A stretch of 63,574 bases of DNA, filler included, from Octopus bimaculoides (GCF_001194135.2; 5 parts of 4 records of this genome joined end to end with filler, not necessarily neighbours in it), one strand, 5' to 3'; positions 13,972 through 28,305 are shown, counted from the whole stretch's first letter. Notes: generated by a model not told the origin, from the sequence alone. Program-made: numbers and translations.

Positions 13972-15800
13972 ATATATATATATATATATATACACATTGT
14001 GTCAGATATGAAATGAGGCGGATGATAATAGTTGGACTGTCTGACGAAATATTGGACCTTATTATTCAGCCAGCTAACTTAACATCATAGATCAGCTGAA
14101 CAAGATTCCTCTAAAGCTATATAGCAAGAGCAACAATAGTTTGTAGTGTAATTAACTTAAATGCTGCTTTTCAAACCCCTTATATTCACACAACCACTGT
14201 TTACCTCTGTGTTTCTGAAGCTATTAAAAAGACGAAAGATAAATCGTCAATACAGAAAACTAAGCTACCGTTGGTAATATTTTCCACGAGGGAAAATATA
14301 ATACAATATTGTAATCAACGGATGCCTTGCTGATTTTATACTGTTATTGTGGTTTACTGTAAAGAAGTACATCATCTACACTACATACTCTAAGATAAAT
14401 GAACTAAGAGCTAAGTGCCTAAGCGAAGAACATATACAAATATCAGGGAGAATAAACGTACCACCGACAATGGATGCCTTGGCATAGATACAATTTATAT
14501 ATTTTCAATGTAATAGAGATAAAACGAGAAGCAAAACAAAACGCGTGATGCAATTTAATGAGAAGAAAACTTCACGTTTAAGAAATTGAAATTTTATCAA
14601 ATTTTAAAAAGCAACATTATCAACGACAAACTGAAAATGTTCCTTGTTCCACACAGTGTCAGATAGAAGGAATATAAATGATTGAATTTTAAAAAAATTA
14701 CAAAATAACTCCATGTACAACAGAATAATAATAAAATAACAATGGCTACACTGACATAATTTACAAGTAATCCTACCACAGCAACATGAAACGCAACACA
14801 ACATTAGAAAAAAAATATTAGAAGAGCAGCAGCAGAATGAAGGGAAGCAGTGCACGATATACAACATTACCACATCCACTAACAAATAATTCTTTTAAAA
14901 AACCATGATGACTACGGCAACAAGGGTGACCACCAACATCATTTTCATAATCTCCGCCCACCACTACAGTTGGCGCCACAAACATCACATCACCTATATT
15001 ACCACAACCAGTGTCTCCTGATGTATCAACCATCAGGTTTTAACTATTATACAATGAAAAGCAAAAACGAAAATTCAACAACTAATATAATAAAAGTATA
15101 TAATAATAACACAACATACCCGAACATACAATAACACTAATAACAACAACAACGACAACTTACGTCGCCAGCTAATCGATAATAACAATGTGAAGAATAA
15201 GTATAGTAGCAAGAAAACTATAACTAAGCGAAAAGGAAAATGACAGTGTCAGCTAATGGGAGCCATTTTGCATCAACGGTTTCTCATTTTTCTTCCGGTT
15301 ACATTTCTTTATTTATTTATTTTGTAACATTTGTTTTGGTCGCACTAGACGTGTTTCATTACAGAGTTTCAATCAGCTATACATGTTGAATTTAGTTCCT
15401 ATATCGACAGTACTAAGACATTATTTTTGTAATAAAATATTTAATATTTCTCCCACGTGAATAAATGAATATACACACACATATAATCCCACATACACAC
15501 ACACACACATACACACGCACACACACAAGCCCGCACACCCACACATTCATGCATATGCATGTGTATATGTGTGTGTAGGTGAACAAAAAGAGACACAGGG
15601 AGAGAAAGAGAAAAAACAGAAAAATAGACCGATGTAAGATATTTTTCATAAATTTTCTATTCATTCAATGTAAATGATCTACACAGTTTATTTACATATA
15701 TGTTTGTATGTATGCAGGCATGCAAATATGTATCTATATATATATCAATGTGTATGTATACGTGTATGTATGTATGTATGTATGTATGTATGTATGTATG

Positions 15801-15904
<104 letters not shown>

Positions 15905-16445
15905 TATACACACACACATATATATATATGTACACACATATAAACACACATACACAAACACACACACACACACACATATTTGTGGTATTTATGCGTGGCC
16001 GCAGCTTGGCATTTCTTTCCCTATGGGTATGTATAAATATTTTATTTATTTCACTCACTATGTTTATCTGATGAAGGAAAAAAAAAATCATTTAACTAGA
16101 CCAGAAATTGATCAACCCTAAACTATTTAAATTATTTATGAATTTCTGTATACCCGTTTCCTCACATTCAACACATGTGAATTATAAAGTGATATTTTAA
16201 CAAACGTAATTTTGAAAGTTCGAAACCTAGGTCCTAGATTATTCCCTATCTGGGTTGTACATTTATTTGATGTTCTCCCTACAGGTAAGATGAATTTCTT
16301 TTTATGTTCGCCACACGCAAACATCTTTCTAAGTATAAATATACAGTGAAGCTTTACTATAGCGTCGTATATTATCGACTACTATTTCCAGTAAATATTA
16401 GTGCATTGTTGTACCACTATTCTCTCTGTGTGTGTGTGTATATAT

Positions 16446-16479
<34 letters not shown>

Positions 16480-16699
16480 CGAAATAGGTCTATTTGTTAT
16501 ATGCTGGCCACTTATCCACTGATAAAATTTTAAAAAAAATATTTTTAATTATATTCCATTCACTCCGGGACAGTCTAGTCACCCCTGTACTATTCTGACC
16601 AAATCCACTCGTTTTGTGGTGGGCTGCTGAATTGGACGCGTACATATTTGTGGCATTTATGCGTGGCCGCAGGTTGGCATGTTCTTTTCCGTAGGTATT

Positions 16700-16999
16700 C
16701 TTTTATTCTTTTATTTGTTTCAGTCATTTGACTGCGGCCATGCTGGAGCACCGCCTTTAGTCGAGCAAATCGACCCCAGGACTTATTCTTTGTAAGCCTA
16801 GTACTTATTCTATCGGTATCTTTTGCCGAACCGCTAAGTTACGGGGACATAAACACACCAGCATCGGTTGTCAAGCAATGCTAGGGGGACAAACACAGAC
16901 ACACAAACACACACACATACATATATATATATACATATATACGACGAGCTTCGTTCAGTTTCCGTCTACCAAATCCACTCACAAGGCTTTGGTCGGCCC
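16700..16999 (-). mobile_element. tRNA-SINE family A (young), runs into N gap
   Basis: gtttcagtcatttgactgcggccatgctggagcaccgcc...ccgaaccgctaagttacgggg...caaatccactcacaaggctttggtcggccc. Confidence 0.85.
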
Positions 17000-17946
17000 N
17001 NNNNNNNNNNNNNNNNNNNNNNNNNNNNNNNNNNNNNNNNNNNNNNNNNNNNNNNNNNNNNNNNNNNNNNNNNNNNNNNNNNNNNNNNNNNNNNNNNNNN
17101 NNNNNNNNNNNNNNNNNNNNNNNNNNNNNNNNNNNNNNNNNNNNNNNNNNNNNNNNNNNNNNNNNNNNNNNNNNNNNNNNNNNNNNNNNNNNNNNNNNNN
17201 NNNNNNNNNNNNNNNNNNNNNNNNNNNNNNNNNNNNNNNNNNNNNNNNNNNNNNNNNNNNNNNNNNNNNNNNNNNNNNNNNNNNNNNNNNNNNNNNNNNN
17301 NNNNNNNNNNNNNNNNNNNNNNNNNNNNNNNNNNNNNNNNNNNNNNNNNNNNNNNNNNNNNNNNNNNNNNNNNNNNNNNNNNNNNNNNNNNNNNNNNNNN
17401 NNNNNNNNNNNNNNNNNNNNNNNNNNNNNNNNNNNNNNNNNNNNNNNNNNNNNNNNNNNNNNNNNNNNNNNNNNNNNNNNNNNNNNNNNNNNNNNNNNNN
17501 NNNNNNNNNNNNNNNNNNNNNNNNNNNNNNNNNNNNNNNNNNNNNNNNNNNNNNNNNNNNNNNNNNNNNNNNNNNNNNNNNNNNNNNNNNNNNNNNNNNN
17601 NNNNNNNNNNNNNNNNNNNNNNNNNNNNNNNNNNNNNNNNNNNNNNNNNNNNNNNNNNNNNNNNNNNNNNNNNNNNNNNNNNNNNNNNNNNNNNNNNNNN
17701 NNNNNNNNNNNNNNNNNNNNNNNNNNNNNNNNNNNNNNNNNNNNNNNNNNNNNNNNNNNNNNNNNNNNNNNNNNNNNNNNNNNNNNNNNNNNNNNNNNNN
17801 NNNNNNNNNNNNNNNNNNNNNNNNNNNNNNNNNNNNNNNNNNNNNNNNNNNNNNNNNNNNNNNNNNNNNNNNNNNNNNNNNNNNNNNNNNNNNNNNNNNN
17901 NNNNNNNNNNNNNNNNNNNNNNNNNNNNNNNNNNNNNNNNNNNNNN

Positions 17947-18190
17947 TAGGTATTCTTTTATTCTTTTATTTGTTTCAGTCATTTGACTGCGGCCATGCTG
18001 GAGCACCGCCTTTAGTCGAGCAAATCGACCCCAGGACTTATTCTTTGTAAGCCTAGTACTTATTCTATCGGTATCTTTTGCCGAACCGCTAAGTTACGGG
18101 GACATAAACACACCAGCATCGGTTGTCAAGCAATGCTAGGGGGACAAACACAGACACACAAACACACACACATACATATATATATATACA
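17947..18190 (-). mobile_element. tRNA-SINE family A 3' half, identical to 16692-16938
   Basis: Base-for-base match including private variants and flank. Possibly an assembly duplication. Confidence 0.75.
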
Positions 18191-18745
18191 TATTTGTGTG
18201 TGTATGTGCGTGTCAATACTTATGATAGTGTGGGTTGTGTGTGAATATGTGCGAGGGCATATGCTTCTTTATGTGTATGTGGATGTGTATAGTACTCATG
18301 ATTAAGAAACCATACGAAAAGGTTTCATGCTATATTGTTTAAACTTTATACTGATCTATGGAAGGTATCACTGTTTTAAAACATAAAATGGTCTCTTTCA
18401 AAGAGTTCCGCTCAAATTTTTTGTGTGTCAAGTTGCGTTTATAATTAACCATTCGATAAAGGAAGATTGATAAGGGAAGTATAACTCTTTAAGTGGTATT
18501 GATTCACCCGAAGCGATAAATTAGAGGACACAATACAAATGTAGGATTACAGAAGATACACAGCTCTAATTTCCTATTTTCGTATACTACCACAACTACT
18601 ACTACTACTATAGCTACTACTATTACTACTACTACTGCTACTACTACTACTGCTACTACTACTACTACTATTACTACTGCTTCTACTACTACTACTACTA
18701 CTCTGTATATGAGTATGTGTGTGCCTGGTGTTCGTCTGTGCATTA

Positions 18746-18795
<50 letters not shown>

Positions 18796-19153
18796 CATGC
18801 ATATACATCCACATGTATTATTTAAGCATATAAATATGTGAGGGTGTGTATGTATTTATACATATATATGCTTGTATAATAAATATACAGATATGTGCGT
18901 ATATGTTTCTGTGTCTATGAGTGATCGCATAGATATAAATGCCATTCGATGTGAAATCAGTTACTAGTCCAGTTTTATTTATGTGTCTACTATTATTGTC
19001 TGTCGAGTTGTAATGGGTGTGTGGAATAACATATGGAATCCATTTGTTGTGTGCCCGGTAAATGCGTTGATCTACTTGTTTTCAACTCGGCACAATTCCA
19101 CATCAAATCGCACCCTACTCTTGTTATTCTCTAACTCAATCATTTCTGTATTA

Positions 19154-19370
19154 AAGGCGGTGAGCTGACAGAATCGTTAGCATGCCGGGAGAAATGCTCA
19201 GAGGCATTTCGTCCGTCTTTACGTTCTGAATTCAAATTTCGCAGAGGTCGAATTTGTCTTTTATCCTTTCGGGGTCGTTAGAATAAGTACTAGTCGAGTA
19301 CTGGGGTCGATATAGTCGACTTAGCCCCTCCTATGAAATTGCTGGCCATGTGCCAAGATGAGAAACCAAT
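19154..19370 (+). mobile_element. tRNA-SINE family B, full length
   Basis: aaggcggtgagctgacagaatcgttagc (A box)...gttctgaattcaaatt (B box)...tcctttcggggtcg...tggggtcgat...gtgccaag. Confidence 0.85.
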
Positions 19371-20639
19371 AATTCTGTACTAAAGTTTTAAATTCTTACT
19401 GTTTTCCTTGCATTCCAGCAACTGCTGCTGCTACTGCTACTGCAACAACTTATTTTACTACTACTGTGATACTTTTAATTACGCTATTTAATTCTAGCTT
19501 CGGAAGATGAAATGGAGGAAAAGAGGAATATATGACAGAGATTTTGTAAAAACACAGTAATATATGTGAATAAGCGGAATAAAAGTATGTCATAGCAGTA
19601 ATAGTATTTGTCGTTGCTGTATTAGAAGCAGAATTGGAAATGAGATAGCAAACGAAAACTAACAGAATAAAAATATCAAAACAGAGTAATAGACGTAAAT
19701 GATATAAAGGAAAGAAAAAATTAAAATGAAGAGGAGGAGCGTCGGAGTAATTCAATGAAAATATTGAGTGAAGTAAGAGAGAAAAGGAAAATCCGAATGA
19801 AAGTCCCAATGTTGATGAGGAATCGGTGATTAATTAAAAAATACGGATGTAGATAATTATCAGAATCATGGCAAAGTTGGCTTTGTGCCATTATTGTCGT
19901 TAAGTACATCGCTGTCAATTATGTCATCGATTAATATATTGCTTCTCTCCTTTTAAATCATATTTCTACTGTCGAAGTTTCTTTAACAAAACAGATTTAT
20001 GACGTTTCCATAATCTTCCTTTTCCACCTACACTTTCCCTTCTTTCCTCTTAATCTCGCAACCTCAACAACTTTGTGTCATAAATCTCCATCTTGTCGCT
20101 ACGTTTGCCTTTCTGTTTTTTATGTTTACGTACCTCACTCCTGCTTCGAAATTCCATTTTTATTTTCTATATTGTTCTTCCTTTCTCTCCTTCCTGTGCA
20201 TAACTTGCAGTTTCGATTACTTCTCTATTTTCACTTGCCCTTGTCTTTGGTTGACTGCACTTTCTTATTTTAACTATACTGTGCCATAATGATAATTAAA
20301 AGAGAAAATAGTAAAAATTCCTAGTTACATCTGCGGATTTTAATTGTAGTATTTGTATTTCAATTGTAGTATTTCATTTGAAACTAAATAGTTGATCCTT
20401 GACAGATGTAAAGCGTAGAGAAATGGAACTAAAACCTGTGTATTATTGAATGCAGAAAGAAAAGTCACACGTGGAGACCTTCACGAATATCTAGACTAGG
20501 TATCAGTCAGAACACATTTTGAATATGAGATGTTTCGGAAAAGAAACTCATTCGTTCTTTTTCTTAGACTTTGCCTTAACATTCATACATACATGAATAC
20601 GTGCATGTATACATGCACGCGTGCGCGCGCGCATTGGTC

Positions 20640-20847
20640 TCAAATTTTTGACGAGGCCAGCAATTTCTAGGCAGGGGTAGGTCGATTGCATCAACCCCAG
20701 GCTCAACTGTTGCTTATTTCATCGACCCTGAAAGGATAAAAAGCAAAGTCGATCTTGGCAGAATTTGAACTGAGAGCATGAAGTTGGAGGAAACGCTGCT
20801 AAGCAATTTGCTAGGCTTCCTAATGATTCTGCCAGCTCACTGCTCCT
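20640..20847 (-). mobile_element. tRNA-SINE family B
   Basis: Reverse-complement match to 19154-19370. Confidence 0.75.
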
Positions 20848-21099
20848 ACACACACAAGTGGACGCGCGCGCAAACACATACTCACTCACACAACACACAC
20901 ATATATGATATTGTTTAGTCGAGGCTATTTTGATCACCTATCATCAACTTATATCTAAAATAAATATATTATAATCCATACTCAGATTTATCGACTTATT
21001 TGTTGTAAGAGTGTTCTTCGATTTCGGATTAAAAGTCTCATATAACAGAACATTTTATGACAATCTAAAATTACATATCTTGATATATCTAATAATGGG

Positions 21100-21288
21100 T
21101 TTAAGTTTTGGCACAAGGCTAGCAGTTTCGGGAATGGCGCTAAGTTGATTACATCGACCCCAGTGATCTACTGGTACTTATTTTACAGACTCCGAAAGGA
21201 TGAAAGACAATCTCACAACATAAAAGACGAATAAAATGCCGCTTAGCATTTTGCCGGGCGTGCTAACGATTCTGCTGTCGCGACCTTC
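21100..21288 (-). mobile_element. tRNA-SINE family B (internal deletion)
   Basis: Tail and head present, B-box region missing. Confidence 0.7.
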
Positions 21289-21381
21289 ATTATGTCAAAT
21301 AAATATCTTATGGTCTTCGTTGTATGTATGTATGTATGTATGTATGTATGTGTGTATGCATGTATGTATTTGTATGTATGC

Positions 21382-21448
<67 letters not shown>

Positions 21449-21812
21449 CGTACAGACATATAAATGCACACATGTATAATGCATTGAATGAGGTGATACA
21501 TATTTCATCTTCACCACTTCAAGTTTCATCAAGGAACGACATCTGCAAGTTAAATTTTGGAAAGTGAATACGTGCCAAATTGAAATACAAATGATTTCCT
21601 GATTTAGTACGATGTACTCGCTCCGTCAATTATTTAAGATGTACAAAGATATCACTGACATTATGCATATGTGCTCACACAGATACACCTGCTCACTTCC
21701 CTCCTCATATATACCCGCGAATGTATATATGTATTACGTATGCATGCACTTCATTGAATCTAGACATATACACACACAGTGTATATACATATATACATAT
21801 ATATATATATAC

Positions 21813-21861
<49 letters not shown>

Positions 21862-23189
21862 TTGATATATATCTCTATACCTAAAAATAAATATACGCAA
21901 ATGCATGTACATGCTAGGATAAATGCACTTATTTTGACATGTAGATACATATGCATACAGAAATACAGAAATATGTTTATGCATAGTTATATGTGTGTAT
22001 GTTTGTGTGTGTTGTAAATAAAATTACGTGCATATGTGAACTGTACATACATTTGAGCTCGCTGCTGAACTCTCTCTCTCTCTCACTCTCTGTTTCTGTT
22101 TCTCTCTCACTTGTTCCCTTGCTGAATGAATTTAGAACAATTTGATGCGTTTTAGAAGTTGTTACATAGTAGACTAAAACTATTGATAATGAAGAGGCAC
22201 AGTCATCTGTATATTTGCATTTACGTAGGTGCAATCGTTGGTGACGAAACTATTCAGATGGCAAATTTGTTGATAAACTGAACCGTGTGATTGATCATGG
22301 GGTTATCTTATGCAGGTCGATGCATGTTTATTAAATATAAGCTTGTTAATTCATTTACAACATACCCGTAGGCACGTTTCTATGAATTGTATTTCTTGCT
22401 TGATGCACCAATTTGTAAAATTTCCTAACATTTTTACTTTATGTAAAATATTTCGATCGTGTTTCGAATTCATTCCTTAGTTAAAGTTTAAGTGTAAATT
22501 TTGAAACTGTTTCATTATAATAAGGTTATATTTGATTTCGCTCCATAGATAAGCTTGTGTTAGGGCAAAGCTTCAAATTGTTTCTTTATTTAAAACACTC
22601 TTAGTGTGGCTTAGTTTTCATTTTATAAGGATGTTTAAAGCCTAACTCTCGAAGACACAGAAACTATTAATATAATTGGTAGTGTACCTATTATTCCCCT
22701 ATTTGTTCATCCCGCAAAGTGTGATAACTCTAATCGTAATGCATTTATCTATCTTAATTACCATATATTAACTAGAGTGTTACCCGTTATATGAGAGGAA
22801 ATGTTGAAAACAAATTTTTCCTCTAATTGGTAATATGAGATGATGTTACATCTTGATTAATTGATAGTTAAACGTTATGAGTTTTATGGATAGCAATTAT
22901 TTATTGCAAATAGAGAATAAGAGAAGTGATTTTTATTTTAATTTAATAACTATTTTTATATTTAAAATTTTTGTTTATTTTATTATTTTTTATAGCAAAC
23001 ATAAAATGAGAAACAAAATTATAATTGTTGTCTTTATGTAACGTTACGTGAATAACTTACAGTATACCATCACGGTACGATAACGGAAGATACCAGGTCA
23101 ATGTCTACGCATATTTATGAAAAGGTGCCTTTCTTCAGTGGAAACGAGAAAAATCTAATATAGGAGACGGGAAAAACCTAACAAGACTT

Positions 23190-23633
23190 AGTTTGTTGTT
23201 TGTTGTTCTCGATTAACCTTAAGCTGCTTCTGTTCGTGTCGCGTAATCTGTCTCTGATCAATGCCATCACCATAATATATGAGTATCATCTTGGAGTACC
23301 TCATTAAATGGTTTATGATCTTGTGAATGGAGATCTCTCCTGGCTCAGTACTCCTTTTGAGAGGAACTTAGACTAAGAGTTGATATTAGCTAAAATGGCA
23401 AAATTATATTCCAAGCATTACGCGTCATATAGCAATAAACATTATTAGGTGATATTCTTATAAGTCGTATAAATTTCCCCTGCACAATGATGTTCTCATT
23501 TCGCTCAAGTACCGTGGTACTTTTCTGGACAAAACGAAGCAAAGTGGTATGGTGACGGCATTGATCAGAGACAGCTTACACGACGCGAACAGAAGCATCC
23601 TAAGGTTACTCGAGAACAACAAACAACAAATGT
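23190..23633. repeat. Inverted repeat, about 85-bp arms with about 270-bp spacer
   Basis: tttgttgtttgttgttctcgattaaccttaagctgcttctgttcgtgtcgcgtaatctgtctctgatcaatgccatcacca is the near reverse complement of 23548-23633. Confidence 0.9.
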
Positions 23634-23793
23634 ATGAATGCAATATGAATGCACGTACGAACATAAACGCAAATACAAGTTCAAAGACACGCATCTATGA
23701 ATACTCACACACTCATACACACATAAAGACACATATGCCCACGCATAGAATCATCAAAACTAATGCTCACATAGACACAAACGTGTTTGTGTT

Positions 23794-23840
<47 letters not shown>

Positions 23841-23842
<2 letters not shown>

Positions 23843-24003
23843 GAGAATATACAAATAATAACAACAGACGAGGACAGGTGGTGTAAATAACAAAAGTATA
23901 TATTAGTATGACGCTCGGGAATACGGAAAGTCTTTGACGTTTCGAGCTACGCTCTTCAACAGAAAGAATACGGAGACAAGGAGAAAAGCACGGAGAAAAA
24001 AAA
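23841..24003 (-). mobile_element. ~163-bp Penelope pLTR/retrozyme-like unit, copy 1, in (TA)n
   Basis: Near-identical (about 2 differences) to 41315-41479 with the same boundaries. Contains the CTGTTGA...GAAACGTC hammerhead-like motif typical of Penelope pseudo-LTRs. Confidence 0.7.
23931..23967 (-). ncRNA. Putative minimal type I hammerhead ribozyme (variant core)
   Basis: Minus strand reads TCTTT-CTGTTGA-A-GAGC(GTA)GCTC-GAAAC-GTC^AAAGA: helix I 5 bp, helix II 4 bp, palindromic ACGT helix III, GUC cleavage triplet. Core position 6 is U rather than A. Confidence 0.55.
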
Positions 24004-26111
24004 TTGATATATATATGTGTATATACATACATGCGCACACAGAAACTTGCCTCTTACCACACGCAGCATGAGTAATTTATACGCATACAAATGCTGTTCT
24101 AACGCACTCATATTTGAAAGCTCACCCTCCCAGCAAACACATAAGTTGACTTTGGAACTGAGATACTCTCACTGATTCACAGAGACTAAATCTTTCGCTA
24201 TTCAGTTAAACTCACTACGATAATCATTCCTAATTCTTCAATAAACTCATTGAAAAAATTATTATCACATCTTGTCTCTCTCTCTCTCTCTCCTTCACAC
24301 ACACATGTGCGCACATATACACCCATATGCATAAAACTATATCAGTGTAGCGCACTCAATGCAGACTATTATCCATTTTCAGACTGAGATTATCTGAAAC
24401 TCAGTTTAAACATTTGTTCATTTACAGTCTCCACTATTGATAATAGTTTCTTGTATCAATACACAAAGTAAGCAACGTAAAATTTAAGCATTGTGAGATA
24501 TTAACATTGTATGCATCCCAATGAAATTTCTACTTGTCACTGAATGCTTTCACTCACAATCACCACTTTTTCAATTCTCCTCAGACCCGGGAAGCCTTTG
24601 TTAGACTATGCTTCACAGAGGTGGTTTAATAAGGCTCAAAAATAACTGGAGTGAACACATTAAAAAAATCAAACTCTCTCTATTCCTTATGTCTCTACTT
24701 AATTTAAGATCAATATGGATTAAAGAGTTATCTCCCTTGCATGCCTTAGCAAAAGTTAATCATTACTGAAGATAACATGTTTTTCTCCCTTCCCTAGAAA
24801 TATTATTCTAAATAAATGAATACTTTTTAGTCTCTCTAAATTTGATATTTCAGCTCACCACTCAGAGAGACAACAACGCTAAATCAAAGAAAAGTTACTA
24901 AAGTTCTTCCCCGGGCTGGTTTTATTGTTCAGTCCCAGACCAACTTTGATCGATCAAGTAGGTCGATGATCAAACGCATTCCAGCTATAAACATTCGATT
25001 ATTTTACGAGTATCTACGAAACTACTTTATGTAACAGATCCTACTCATTATAAGATGGCAGGACTTTATCTGAAGGCTATTAGATTGCTGTTTGCTGCCT
25101 GTTAAACACGTGGAATATTACATTATATACATTATCCGATTGGGCCTTTTCGTTATAAAACGGTAGAATGTTATTTGAGGAATATGTTGATATTTCTAGC
25201 CTATCAATCGATCATTGACTATCTTCTTTGGTATGTCTACTTAGCAGTCTCATACCTAGCTATGTTGCTCAATATTGATTTTGAAGGTAACAGTTCCATG
25301 TTCCAGCGGGCATTAGCCAAGTGTATGAAGCGAAGGAGCTTCACTCGAGGATCAAAAACCTAACCTAGATGTTCAGTTATTGGTAGCGCAGCACAAGCAT
25401 ATTTCTGTGGTTTCCTCTCCTCTACACAATGATTTTATATAACTATACAGAGAAAGCTAATGCTTCTGTGGGTGGTCCATGTTTTTCTAAAGAGCAATAA
25501 TAATGGAAAGAAAGAAATGATTTCGACAAGCTATAGAAATCAGGCCACCGAATTACTTGATTAAGGACTTATCACTAGACTGCATTGTTCGTTTAATTGA
25601 TACGATACCTACTCACTAAACTACTTATTCCATATCTATTTTCCCTTCTCGTAACTGTGCATTCTGTTAATTGATTGGCCAACTGGAAGTTAAAGCTATG
25701 TTGATAAGGAATAAATGCAATGTTTATCATGTAATTTTCCAGCTGAAACCACTTCTGGAAATGATCCAAATAATTTATCAGTAATAATAATGTTCAGCAA
25801 TAATCATATGTGGCTTGAGGCATGTGGTTTCAATGGTTGAATCTACCGATTGATTCATTTTAATAGAAATATATAAAAATAGACGCAGTAGTAATGTCTT
25901 GAGGCATTGAGTGGAGCATAGAGGCGGAGGCTGTGTGGCTAGGAGTAGATTAGAGATTGGTGTTTAGTGAGACGGGTTGGTAGGTCAGGAGGTGAGATTA
26001 GATCGGGATTAAATATTTATTACGGCATTTGATTAAAATTAATTACTGTAAGAACATTGATATCATTCACCACACATTCTCTACACCGCCTGTTAGTGAA
26101 ACGTGTTCTAT

Positions 26112-26142
<31 letters not shown>

Positions 26143-26314
26143 AAATGGCGAGCAGGCAGAATCTTTAGCACGCCGAACGAAATACTAAGCGTTATTTCGA
26201 CCGTCGCTAAGTTCTGAATTCAAATTCCACCAAGATCGACTTTACTTTTCATCGTTTCCGGGTCGATAAAATGTAATAGACTCATCCCTTCTCACCAGAT
26301 TTTTTCCCTTGTAG

Positions 26315-26315
<1 letters not shown>
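26143..26315 (+). mobile_element. tRNA-SINE family B, abutting Dong-like LINE 3' end
   Basis: atggcgagcaggcagaatctttagcacgcc...gttctgaattcaaattccac...ggtcgataaa. Confidence 0.7.
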
Positions 26316-27262
<947 letters not shown>

Positions 27263-27674
27263 GTTCAGTGGTTTTATTTTTATAACATGCTTTCACTTCA
27301 TTACCGAGCGGAGCTCTGTGCGCCTTGGGTATGTGCTGTGGTGCTCTTATGTTTACTGTATTGAAAGTGTTTTGCGTAGAATGTGTGCAGTACCCAGTAG
27401 TGCAATTTTCTGTATGTTATATATATTTGTAAGTCCTGGTGTTTTTGTTATGTATTTGAATATTTTTTTATTATACCTAAGGCACCTACTATGATAGGAA
27501 TTGTTTCTGTTTTTAGATTCCACATTCGAGTTATCTCTATTTCCAGGTCTTTGTATTTTGAAAGTTTTTCCATTTCTTTTAGAGAAACGTTGTCATCTGC
27601 TGGTATTGATACATCAATTAGAAAGCATTTTTTTCTTTATGATCTTTGACAACTATATCTGGTCTATTTGCCTT
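27263..27674 (-). mobile_element. RLE non-LTR retrotransposon (R4/Dong-like) 3' fragment, family 2
   Basis: KANRPDIVVKD..FLIDVSIPADDNV..KEMEKLSKYKDLEIEITRMW..IPIIVGALG ... IQKIALLGTAHILRKTL* (one frameshift). The 3' end abuts (TAA)n. Confidence 0.85.
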
Positions 27675-27774
27675 NNNNNNNNNNNNNNNNNNNNNNNNNN
27701 NNNNNNNNNNNNNNNNNNTTAATTAATTAANNNNNNNNNNNNNNNNNNNNNNNNNNNNNNNNNNNNNNNNNNNN
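27675..27774. other. Artificial contig spacer 44N-TTAATTAATTAA-44N
   Basis: Exactly 100 nt, with stops in all six frames. Confidence 0.95.
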
Positions 27775-28080
27775 GCCTCGGGCCGACCAAAGCCTTGTGA
27801 GTGGATTTGGTAGAGGGAAACTGAAAGAAGCCCGTCGTATATATGTATATATATATATGTGTGTGTGTGTGTTTGTGTCTGTGTTTGTCCCCCCACCAAC
27901 GCCTGACAACCGATGGTGGTGTGTTTACGTCCCCGTAACTTAGCGGTTCGGCAAAAGAGACCGATAGAATAAGTACTAGGCTTCCAAAGAATAAGTCCTG
28001 GGGTCGATTTTCTCGACTAAAGGTGGTGCTCCAGCATGGCCGCAGTCAAATGACTGAAACAAGTAAAAGAGTAAAAGAGT
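27775..28080 (+). mobile_element. tRNA-SINE family A (head lost in gap)
   Basis: gcctcgggccgaccaaagccttgtgagtggatttgg...gctccagcatggccgcagtcaaatgactgaaacaagtaaaagagtaaaagag. Confidence 0.85.
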
Positions 28081-28198
28081 AAATACGCACATACCTACAC
28101 ACACTCCTCTACGCACCCACATACACACACATTTATATAATTTTATACTCACGCACATCTACATGTGTGCATGTTTGCTTGTTTGTATGTGTGTGTGT

Positions 28199-28254
<56 letters not shown>

Positions 28255-28305
28255 NNNNNNNNNNGATCGACGTTGACTGTTCTTGCTCAGTAAACATCTC
28301 TAGCG

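Noticed and set aside
23190-24003. CRISPR-like or prokaryotic defence arrays
   Set aside because: No regularly spaced repeat-spacer structure anywhere. The DNA is eukaryotic and intron-rich.
27719-27730. TTAATTAATTAA palindrome recurring four times, as a possible regulatory or repeat motif
   Set aside because: Always centred in exactly 44N+44N, so it is an assembly spacer.
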